NCBI GenBank assembly: GCA_951406725.2
Contig: OX597836.1
Location: 12,834,001-12,898,000 of the forward strand
Direction of reading: 5' to 3'
Source of the DNA: Octopus vulgaris
Lineage: Eukaryota
Length of the DNA stretch: 64,000 nucleotides
The translations under genes and the position numbers were made by a program. How positions within the stretch are numbered: position 1 is the stretch's first letter; the number at the start of each line of letters is the position of its first letter. The notes below the pieces were generated by a model. It saw only the letters and a list, made by a program, of their open reading frames with translations. It ran no database searches and was not told where the DNA came from. This document shows positions 53,637 to 64,000 of this stretch, piece by piece.

Positions 53637-54809
53637 GAAAATCTGTGAAGCAACGACAGTGCACATAATAATCACTAACGTGCTACTGCCTTCTAAATTT
53701 CTTTCTACATCGAATATCCTGGCAACCACTTAAATATTAAGGGGGGTTTTTTTGTGTGTGTAACTGTTTTCCCCCTCCACCAGTAATTTCTTTTGGGTTT
53801 AATCTACGTTAAAGTTGGAATATTGAAAAACAAAATGTGTTGTGTGTAATTTGTATGTGTATGCAACCAACGTTTCCTTCCTTTTTTTTTTTAAACATTT
53901 AATCCCGACATAATCGTAATATACACCTTCTGAAAGATATTTGTACAAATTTTCTTGAAAAACTACCCGTTTTTCTGAAAGTTAAGAGGAAACAAAGTCG
54001 AAACTCTGCCCCCTTCCCCTCCGAAAAATTTTTGCATAGGAGATTCCGATATAATCGAAATCTACACCTGAAAGATATTTGTAGAAAATTTCAGTAAAAA
54101 TTACCCATTTTTCTGAAAGTTATAAGGAAAGTCAGGCAGAGTTACACAGGTTTTCCAGTAGCTACTGTTCATCGTATTTATAGGATACAAGACACACTCT
54201 TTATTTTTTACAATCTATTTAGGCGCAGGAGTGGCTGTGTGGTAAGTAGCTTGTTTTCCAACCACATGGTTCCGGGTTCAGTCCCACTGCGTGGCACCTT
54301 GGGCAAGTGTCTTCTACTTTAGCCTCAGGCCGACCAAAGCCTTGTGAGTGGATTTGGTAGACGGAAACTGAAAGAAGCCTGTCGTATATATGTATGTATA
54401 TATATATATGTATGTGTGTGTGTCTGTGTTTGTCCCCCTAGCATTGCTTGACAACCGATGCTGGTGTGTTTATGTCCCCGTCACTTAGCGGTTCGGCAAA
54501 AGAGATCCGATAGAATAAGTGCCGGTGTCAAGTTGCTCAATTAAAGGCGGTGCTCCAGCATGACCACAGTCAAATGACTAAAACAAGTAAAAGAGTAAAA
54601 AGAGTAAGAGAGAGTTCTACTATAGGCAGAGGGGCTGATGTTTTGGGGGCGAGGTAGTTGATTTGATCGAAGGAAACTGAGAGAAGATATATATCTCTGT
54701 ATGTGTCTTTATGTTTTTCCCTTGTTACTGCTTGTCAACCGGTGTCGATGTGTTTATGTCCTTGTAACTTACCAGTTCAGCAAAAGAAACCAGTAGAATA
54801 AATATCTCT

Positions 54810-55125
54810 CTAACCGCTCAGTCGAAGTCGACTCTCAGTCACTCTTTGGATCAGTGTCCTCCAGTCAGTTCTATCCTAGGCCGCTTCCTTCAGACTGGCC
54901 ATGTCCATTCCGGTATCACTCCTGATGGTGTCAAACCAGCGGGTTCTTGGTTGGCCTCTTCCTCTCTTGTCACTGACCATTCCAAGCATGATGTCCTTCT
55001 CCAGGGATTCTCTCCGCATAATATGACCGAAATATGTCAATCAACGCTTGGTGATCCCAGCTTCTAGCGACATTTTCGGCCCTATCTGCTTAAGAACTTC
55101 TCCATTGGTGAGCCTCGCTGTCCAC
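54810..55125 (-). mobile_element. RTE LINE 3' fragment
   Basis: Minus strand encodes a YFGHIMRR..LEKDIMLGMVS.KRGRGQPRTRW-type RTE C-terminus. Confidence 0.7.
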
Positions 55126-56241
55126 AGAATAAATACCCAGCTTTAAAAAAATAAGTACTGGAGTCAGTTTGTTTGACTAAAATTCAAGGCAGTACTCCAG
55201 CATGGCTGCAGTCTAATCTCATGACTGAAACAAATAAATATACAGAGGTGTCCATAAATTACCGTTTACAATTTTAAAATTTCAGATGTCTTGCAAATAA
55301 CTTGCACATGCAAGTGCTACCAGTCAAAAACTCTGCAGAGTGGCTGTGTGGTAAGTAGCTTGCTTACCAACCACACGGTTCCGGGTTCAGTCCCACTGCG
55401 TGGCACCTTGGGCAAGTGTCTTCTACTATAGCCTCAGGCCGACCAAAGCCTTGTGAGTGGATTTGGTAGACGGAAACTGAAAGAAGCCCGTCGTATATAT
55501 GTATATATGTGTGTGTCTGTGTTTGTCCCCCCAACATCGCTTGACAACCGATGCTGGTGTGTTTACGTCCCCATTACTTAGCGGTTCGGCAAAAGAGACT
55601 GCTAGAATAAGTACTAGGCTTACAAAGAATATGTCCTGGGGTCAATTTGCTCGACTAAAATAGGCGGTACTCCAGCATGGCCGCAGTCAAATGACTGAAA
55701 CAAGTAAAAGACTAAAAGAGAGAGTATACCAGAAGCCAGCAAGTGTATGGGGTCATCAGGAGTGAATGCGCGCCGTTTCAGGGCCTACCTCTCGACGTCA
55801 TCAATGCGCACCGGCCCCCCTCACTGATATGAGGCCCCGCTTGCTAGATCAACTGGTTATCAAATAAAGCTCAATATTCTTCTAGCCATCGCTCATCGTC
55901 TCTTTTTAACCAAATCCAGTGGCTAACCTTCTCCGCTGTATTTTGGATATCGGTCAGGGTGGTATTGTAAAAAAACACAGATAACTTAGCAGTTGTGTGC
56001 CACCAATGGAACCCAGGTGGAAGTGTTCTGATATTTAAAACTTTACTCTCTTACTTGTTTCAATCATTTGACTGCGGCCATGCTGGAGCACCACCTTTAG
56101 TCGAGCAAATCGACCCCGGGACTTATTCTTTGTAAGCCCAGTACTTATTCTATCGGCCTCTTTTGCTGAACCGCTAAGTGACGGAGACGTAACACACCAG
56201 CATCGGTTGTCAAGCAATGCTGGGGGGACAAACAGACATAT

Positions 56242-56296
<55 letters not shown>

Positions 56297-56828
56297 TACG
56301 ACAGGCTTCTTTCAGTTTCCGTCTACCAAATCCACTCACAAGGCATTGGTCGGCCCGAGGCTATAGCAGAAGACACTTGCCCAAGGTGCCACGCAGTGGG
56401 ACTGAACCCGGAACCTTGTGGTTGGTAAGCAAGCTACTTACCACACAGCCACTCCTTTGCCTAAATTATCCGCATTTTTTTTTTCTGTGCTAACCAATAG
56501 ACATTAATTATTATGCATTTATTATTTAATGCTTAATAATTAATGCTACTTCAGTTAGTACAGTAAAGTTTGTTTTGCTGATAAAGACAGTAAGACTGAA
56601 ACATATCCTAAGTTCCCCAACCCCTTTACATGCTGAAATAATTTAATAATAGTTATTGACTAATGTTATTCTTCCTCACCACATCATTATTATTTTCAAG
56701 TCAGGTTTTAGTATTATACGTTAACCTTTACTAACGATTAATATTTTTAATTGAATATAATTTGGTAGTTTTTCATATATTTTTTTCTATCTCCTGTACA
56801 TCTGATAATTTGAAAATATTTCTTTTAG

Positions 56829-56891
56829 CTCCAGCCTGGTATAGAGTTCTCCAGCAATGGTTTTACAATCGGTCTTATTTTAACCAACTTG
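56829..56891 (+). CDS. UQCRB: UQCRB exon 2
   Basis: Acceptor tcttttag|CT and donor G|gtaagt. APAWYRVLQQWFYNRSYFNQLG matches WxYNxxxFNxLG. Confidence 0.92.
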
Positions 56892-59122
56892 GTAAGTCAC
56901 TTATCTTTCAATTCAACTCATTTAGTTGGCAATACAATAAAACTGTTATTTTCCTAACGTTTTTAACCAATTACTCCAAAATTTATTTACGCCGACGTTA
57001 TCACGCAGCCACGCCTATGCATATATGTGTATGGGATATAGAAAAAACATTTCTGTAGGTTCTCCAGTCTGTACCATTTCACATTCAAAATGGAATAATA
57101 CCATTTTGAATGGAATCATTCTCGTACTGCGTTTGAAATGGTATAGATAAATGTTTTGAGAACATATTTCACGGTGTACAAATGTCTAAACCTTGATGAT
57201 AACTGTAGTTGCATCGAGTTACTGTTTCTAACTACTAGTATCACACCAATTACCATCATCATCATTTAACATCTATTATCCATGCTGGCATGGGTTAGAT
57301 GGTTTGACCAGGGTTGGTAAGCTGACTCCAGTCTGATTTGGTATAGTTTGGTCAGTTACATGACACCAGTATCTGCTATGACTGCGATTTCACTTGACTT
57401 GATGGGTCTTCTATTCAAGCACAGCATATTGCCAAAGGTTACGGTCATTTGTCAGTGCCTCCGTGAGGTCCACTGACCATTTAAAGTAGGAGGTGGGATT
57501 CTGTGTGTGTTTGTGCTTCCTTGACATAGTGCAGTGGTTGTAAACAGGTGTCACCATCATTCAAATGGTATCCCTTGTTTCCAATCTCCTGCTGAAACGT
57601 GTCTGTCACAGTGAAATATTACCAACCCCTCAGCAATTTAAATAAGAGTTTTGACTGTTATTTCCAGTATGTAGATATACTTAGTATGTCCTTTGATTAA
57701 TTTTGATCCTTCAGCTATATATACACACACACACATATATATATTTTTCTTTACTACCCACAAGGGGCTAAACATAGAGGGGACAAACAAGGACAGACAA
57801 AGGGATTAAGTCGATTACATCGACCCCAGTGCGAAACTGGTACTTAATTTATCGACCCCGAAAGGGATGAAAGGCAAAGTCGACCTCGGCTGAATTTGAA
57901 CCCAGAACGTAACGGCAGTCGAAATACAGCTACGCATTTCGCCCAGCGTGCTAACGTTTCTGCCAGCTCGCCGCCTTCACACACATATATATATATATAG
58001 TCGTGGCCAATGCTGGTGTCAATGACGCATAAAATACACCCTTCAAATGTAACATGGTGCCTCACGGAGACAATAAGTGACCAAGACTTTTGGCTATATG
58101 CCATGCTTGAGAAGACTCATCAAGCCAAGTGAGTGCATAGTTGTGGCCGATGCTGGTGTCACATAACTGGTACGCATGCCAGTGTCACCCAAAAAACGCC
58201 CAATATTCTCTTTGAGTGGTTGGTGTTAGAAAAGGCATCCTACTGAAGAAACCATGCCAGATCAAATTGGAACTCGGTGCTGCTCTCCAGCTTACCGGTT
58301 TTCAATCAAACCGTCTAACCCATGGAAAGCAGATGCTAAATGATGATGATGATGATGGCACACACACGTGTGTCTGTATATTTGTGTGTACCTATGTCTT
58401 GACATCATGTAATGGTTGTAAATAAGCCTCATCCTCATTATACAAGCAACAGTGTTTGTTTTCAGTCTTCTGTGAAAAACCATGTCTATCCATGGGGAAA
58501 CATTACCTTGCTTGGAAAGAGGTGAAGGTTGCCAACAGAGCAGACATCTGGCTTTTCGGGGTCGATAAATTAAGTACCAGTTACGCACTGGGGTCGATGT
58601 AATCGACTTAATACCTATGTGTGTCCTTGTTTGTCCCCTCTATGTTTAGCCCCTTGTGGGTAATAAAGAAATAGGTACTTAATTTATCAACCCCAAAAGG
58701 ATGAAAGGCAAAGTCGACCGTGGCGGAATTTGAACTCAGAACATAACAGCAGACGAAATACCTATTTCTTTACTACCCACAAGGGGCTAAACACAGAGCG
58801 GACAAACAAGGACAGACATAGGTATTAAGTCGATTACATCAACCCCAGTGCGTAACTGGCACTCATTTAATCGACCCCGAAAGGATGAAAGGCAAAGTCG
58901 ACCTCGGTGGAATTTGAACTCGGAACGTAACGGCAGACGAAATATCGCTAAGCATTTCGCCTGGCGTGCTAACGTTTCTGCCAGCTCACCGCCTTTTTGA
59001 CACAATAACCTGCTGAATGCTAAAGGGTTTAGTTAATGTTTAACGTTTAGCAGTACATAAAATGTTCAATTAAAAAATAATTGTGTTGCTTAATCAACCT
59101 GAATTGTTTTTTTCGTCTTTAG

Positions 59123-59289
59123 GTTTGATGCGAGATGACGTGCGACGAGAAAGTGAGGATGTGAAGGAGGCCATCCGGCGCCTGCCCAAGGACATCTACG
59201 ATGCACGGAACTTTCGTCTTATTCGTGCATTGAATCTTAGTAACAAGAAAATCGTGTTGCCGAAAGAGGAGTGGACACAGCTTCAAGAT
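59123..59289 (+). CDS. UQCRB: UQCRB exon 3
   Basis: Acceptor gtctttag|GT and donor GAT|gtaagt. LMRDD...[11 protein letters not shown]...[10 protein letters not shown]....LPKEEWT is the UCR_14kD signature. Confidence 0.96.
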
Positions 59290-59494
59290 GTAAGTTATGA
59301 AGACATTTCTCTATAAATATATTTAACAGAAGGTGGCAGGTTTGGCTGTGTGGTAAGAAGTTTGCTTCCCAACCACATGGTTCTAGTTCAATCCCACTGC
59401 GTGGCACTTTTGGCAGATGTCATCTTCTATAGCCACTGGCCAAACAAAGCCTTGTGCGTGAAATTGGTAGATGCAAACTGAAATGAGTTTGTCA

Positions 59495-59529
<35 letters not shown>

Positions 59530-59563
59530 CTTTTTAGTCATGCAGCTGTGGCCATGTTGGAGC

Positions 59564-61414
59564 AGCCTAGTCACCCGTATAGTTAACCAGGTGATACGAA
59601 GGAGTCATACCCAATGACTGGTGTAGCAGCATAATAGTCAACTGCTACAAAGGTAAGGGTGACGCTTTAGATACAAATAATTACACAAGTATCAAGCTGT
59701 TGGATCAGGTAATGAAGGTTACGGAGACGATCATAGCCCAACTGATTAGGGAGAGAGTCAGTTTGGATGAGATGCACCACTGATGCCATATTTCTGGTGA
59801 GACAGCTGCAGGAGAAATACCTAGCCAAGGATAAGCCCCTGTACCTGGCTTTCGTTGACATGGAGAAAGCCTTTGACAGGGTCCCCCGATCCCTTATCTG
59901 GTGGTCAATGAGGAAACTAGAGATAGATGAATGGTTAGTGAGAGCTGTGCAAGCCATGTACAGAGACGCTGTAAGTAAGGTGAGGGTTGGCAACAAGTAC
60001 ACTAAAGAATTCAGAGTAGAGGTAGGGGTCCACCAAGGTTCAGTCCTCAGCCCCGTCCTAATATGTAGGAAGGCAGGCAAATCACAAACACCTTCAGATA
60101 GATGGCCCTGCTCGATCCGTAGAAAAGGCGTAGGTAGAAACTCTATAAGATGCACCAAGTGTAAGCTATGGACACATAAGAGCAGTAATGTCAAAGGAAG
60201 GCTAACTGGGAAGATAGTTTTTGTATGTGGCAGATGCTTAGGAGCAATAAACACTGAAAATGCTCAGAGACCAACTTCCACCACATTCCAGGGAGAAAAA
60301 CTAGAAGTAGTTGATAGCTTCTGTTACCTAGGTGACCAAGTCAGTAGCGGGGGCGGGTGTGCTGAAAGTGTAACTGCTAGAGTAAGAATAGCCTAGGCAA
60401 AGTTCAGAGAGCTCTTACCTCTGCTGGTGACAAAAGGCCTCTCGCTCAGAATAAAAGGCAGACTGTGTGACGCATGTGTACGAACAGCCATGCTACATGG
60501 CAGTGAAACTTGGGCCGTGACTGCCGAGGATATGCGTAAGCTCGCAAGAAATGAAGCCAGTATGCTCCGATAGATGTGTAATGTCAGTGTTCATACTCGA
60601 CAGAGTGTAAGTACCTTGAGAGAAAAGTTGGACCTAAGAAGCATCAGTTGTGGTGTGCAAGAGAGACGTTTGCGCTGGTATGGTCATGTAGCGAGAATGG
60701 CTGAAGATAGTTGTGTGAAAAAGTGCCACACCCTGGCGGTTGAGGGAACCTGTGGAAGAGGTAGACCCAGGAAAACCTGGGACGAGGTGGTGAAGAATGA
60801 CCTTCGAACTTTAGGTCTCACCGAGGAAATGACCAGAGACCGAGACCTTTGGAAGTATGCTGTGTGAGAAGACACGGCAGGTCAAGTGAGATCATAACCC
60901 GTGGCCTCTACCTGGGACATAGCCAGCCCACATATGCATACCTTTCCTTCTTGTGACACAAACCCTACTTATGAAGACCTGTTGAGGTAAGTGAAAATCA
61001 AAATCGAAATCTTTCAACATCAATGGAAATTGTAGCTGAGATACCAATGCCGGTGGCACATAAGAGAACCATCTGAACGTGGCCGTTGCCAGCGCTGCCC
61101 CGACTGGCCTCATAAAAAACACCATCCGAGCGTGGCCGTTCGCCAACCTCGTCTGGCCCCCATGTCGGTGGCACGTAAAAAGCACCATCTGATCGTGGCT
61201 GTTTGCCAGCCTCGTCTGGCACCTGTGCAGGTGGCACATCAAAAGCACCCACTACACTCTCGGAGTGGTTGGCGTTAGGAAGGGCATCCAGCTGTAGAAA
61301 CACTGCCAGATCAGACTGGGCCTGGCCCAGCCTTCTGGCTTCCCAGAACCCAGTTGAACCGTCCAACCCATGCTAGCATGGAAAACAGACGTCAAACGAT
61401 GATGATGATGATGA
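59564..61414 (+). mobile_element. RTE-clade LINE, 5'-truncated and decayed, with 3' UTR and (GAT)n tail
   Basis: RT motifs YKGKGD, TTDAIF, AFVDMEKAFDRV, GVHQGSVLSP, FCYLGD, RRLRWYGHV and GRGRPRKTW; internal deletions and stop codons. Confidence 0.92.
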
Positions 61415-61448
61415 TATATACTTTATTGAAAAGCAGCAAAAAATCACA

Positions 61449-61494
61449 AAAACTGTTACTCAGAGTTTCACGTTCCCGTTCGTCAAACAGTTTT
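61449..61494 (-). ncRNA. Minimal type I hammerhead motif (C3U variant)
   Basis: Minus strand: AAAACTGT TTGACGA ACG GGAA CGT GAAA CTC T GAG TA ACAGTTTT. 8-bp helix I, GNRA-capped helix II, GUA triplet. Confidence 0.7.
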
Positions 61495-62088
61495 GTTTAG
61501 AATGGAACAGAAATAAGGTTATAAGCAAACATATACAGTTAGTTTAATGGATACACGTGGTGAGCTGGCAGAAACGTTAGCACGCCGGGCGAAATGCTTT
61601 GTGGTATTTCGTCTACCGCTACATTCTGAGTTCAAATTCCGCCGAGGTCGACTTTGCCTTTCATTCTTTCGGGGTCGATTAAATAAGTACCAGTTACGCA
61701 CTGAGGTCGATGCAATCGACTTAATCCGTTTGTCTGTCCTTGTTTGTCCTCTCTGTGTTTAGCCCCTTGCGTGTAGTAAAGAAATAGGATACACTTTTGA
61801 AAATGGTTTTGTTTCATTGGTCCTTTTAACTAATGGTCTTTAGCATGTGAATCCATTTAGCATGTTAAAGATCATTATATGTGTGTGTATATATACGTAT
61901 GTATGTATATGTGTATGTATATGTGTATATATGTATGTGTGTGTGTATTTTTTTTTCTCTCTAGTTTCAGCTCAGAGCTGCGGCCATGCTGATGCAATGT
62001 ATGTATGTATGTGCATGTATATATGTATGTATATATATATATATATATGTATGTGTGAGAAAGTTGGTTTGTGAAAGCACGTGGTTGA

Positions 62089-62440
62089 ATATATAGAAAA
62101 TAGTAAAAAGTGAAAAAACTACAGAAGGCTTGTTTTAAAAGGTTAAAAAATATATATTTGAGTCAATATGTCTGAAGAATATTATAAATTTTTTTCTTAC
62201 AATGACATAGTTTAGAAGAAATGACTGGTTTCGCGTTCAGCTTTTCAAATTTCTTACATCGTTATGTTTATGTAAGAAATTTGAAAAGCTGAACGCGAAA
62301 CCAGTCATTTCTTCTAAACTATGTCATTGTAAGAAAAAAATTTATAATATTCTTCAGACATATTGACTCAAATATATATTTTTTAACCTTTTAAAACAAG
62401 CCTTCTGTAGTTTTTTCATTTTTTACTATTTTCTATATAT
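62089..62440. repeat. Long inverted repeat, 171-bp arms and 10-nt loop (Penelope-like fold-back)
   Basis: 62089-62259 is the reverse complement of 62270-62440 with one mismatch seen; flanked by (TA)n. Confidence 0.92.
62274..62313 (+). ncRNA. Minimal type I hammerhead motif (U3-A8 variant); mirror copy at 62216-62255 (-)
   Basis: AAGAAAT TTGAAAA GC TGAAC GC GAAA CCA GTC ATTTCTT. 7-bp helix I, GUC triplet, compensatory U3-A8 in place of C3-G8. Confidence 0.6.
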
Positions 62441-62508
62441 ATGTATATATATATATATATCCTAAGTATTTAAAACTTCACTAATTGGCAAAGTTTATTT
62501 CTTTACAG

Positions 62509-62586
62509 GATGTCCAGTATTTGAAACCCTATATTGAAGAAGTGATTAAAGAGAGGAAAGAACGTCAGCTATGGAACAGTAAATAA
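62509..62586 (+). CDS. UQCRB: UQCRB exon 4 (terminal)
   Basis: Acceptor ctttacag|GAT; DVQYLKPYIEEVIKERKERQLWNSK-TAA. The four exons total 336 nt = 111 aa plus stop. Confidence 0.95.
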   Translation, partial: DVQYLKPYIEEVIKERKERQLWNSK

Positions 62587-62631
62587 TGGCATCAACTTCT
62601 AGCTATTGAATATTTAGGAAACATTGTACAG

Positions 62632-62637
62632 AATAAA
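62632..62637 (+). terminator. UQCRB polyadenylation signal
   Basis: AATAAA 45 nt after the stop codon, followed by a T-rich downstream tract. Confidence 0.7.
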
Positions 62638-63509
62638 GTAATACCAACTATTATTTCCTGTATTCGCTTCTTTTTCTTTTTTATTATATTTTTGTGTGGG
62701 TTTAGCCCCAGGTCAACTCAGATTGAGTTGATCTCATCAGTTTCGTTTAACTTTCATTTTATGATTGTATGAGTCAGGCAGAATTTGTTGTGACAGATTT
62801 TCTATAGGTGGGTGCCCTTCCTGTCACCAACACTCAGCTGTTTCCAAGCAAGGCAATATCTTCCATGGCAGACTGGAAATGAACAACAATGCTTATATGC
62901 CAGTCATGCTTACTCTTTTACTTGTTTCAGTCATTTGACTGTGGTCATGCTGGAGCATCACCTTTAGTCGAACAAATCGACCCCAGGACTTATTCTTTGT
63001 AAGTCTAGTACTTATTCTATCGGTCTCTTTTGCCGAACCGTTAAGTTTCTGGGACGTAAACACACCAACATCAGTTGTCAAGCGATGTTGGGGGGGACAA
63101 ACAGACACACAAACATATACATACATATATATATATATACAACAGGCTTCTTTCAGTTTCCATCTACCAAATCTACTAACAAGGCTTTGGTCAGTCTGAG
63201 GCTATAGTAGAAGACACCCAAGGTGCCACGCAGTGGGACTGAACCCAGAACCATGTGATTGGGAAACAAACTTCTTACCACACATTTACATCTGTGCCTA
63301 TATATATGTATATACGTGAAGGGCTTCTTTCAGTTTCTATCTACCAAATCCACTCATACGGCTTTTAGAACATGGTGAGTCCATAAAATAGGATTTGACT
63401 ACACCTCCATTTAGAGCAGAGTTTATGCTATCTTTTCGTGGAAGAAGATTTATGTTCCTATAACCTGTGTTAATTCTGTAACCCTTTAAAACGGAAGATA
63501 AGAAAGTTC

Positions 63510-63876
63510 ATTTTCGGCACTTGATGCTTTGGGAACCAAACAAAAATTGCTGCAGCTTGGCTGGGATTTGTTACCCCACCCTCCATAATCACCAGATATT
63601 GCTCCTTCAGTTTTCCACTTATTCGGGTCTCTGCAGAATCGTCTTAACAGTAAAAATTTCAATTCCTTGGATGACGTAAAAAGATACCTTGATGAATTCT
63701 TTGCCATGAAACCACCTCCATTCTGGGAAGAGGGTATTTTCAAGTTAAAGGAAAGATGGAGATGCATTGTGCAACAAAATGGTTCATATTTGGTTGATTA
63801 AAAATGTAATGGCAATTATTTATTGACCTTTTTCTTTCCTTTAAAAATCGGCACGAACTTTCTGGACAACCCAATA
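63510..63876 (+). pseudogene. Mariner transposase 3' fragment with right TIR
   Basis: GWDLLPHPP*SPDIAPS.FHLF.SLQN...GIFKLKERW...NGSY; ends cggcacgaactttctggacaacccaata-TA. Confidence 0.88.
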
Positions 63877-64000
63877 TATACGATGGACTCTCCCATTAAA
63901 GACAATGTATGAGCGTTCAGCTTTTGCTGAACAACTGGCATAAATGATTTGTTTATAGTGATCAAATGTTCGTGCTCGCTCTCTCCATCAAATCAACGTC

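Noticed and set aside
55766-55812. Hammerhead-like TTGATGA...GAAACG on the minus strand
   Set aside because: No convincing helix II and no UH cleavage site after helix III.

Overview
Eukaryotic, AT-rich, microsatellite- and transposon-dense genomic DNA; the SINE/LINE repertoire suggests an octopus or other coleoid cephalopod (inference). Three spliced genes can be reconstructed from GT-AG exons with matching phases. (1) The last two exons of TMEM205 (+, 374-2164). (2) A 7-exon HS1BP3 PX-domain gene (-, 52291 to 7313) with a ~26.8 kb first intron and an apparent 1-nt frameshift in its last exon. (3) A complete 4-exon UQCRB (+, 52617-62586, 111 aa), head-to-head with HS1BP3, ATGs 325 bp apart. 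Introns are filled with tRNA-derived SINEs, CR1 and RTE LINE fragments, mariner and piggyBac relics and MITEs. The most notable unannotated signal is a set of at least seven short type I hammerhead-ribozyme motifs with different sequences (one canonical core, several core variants including U3-A8), mostly in Penelope-like fragments inserted in (TA)n/(ATT)n tracts. There are also long, near-perfect intronic fold-backs and a G-U-biased hairpin. Almost all ORFs in the supplied track are repeat artefacts. All family assignments come from recalled motifs, not database searches.
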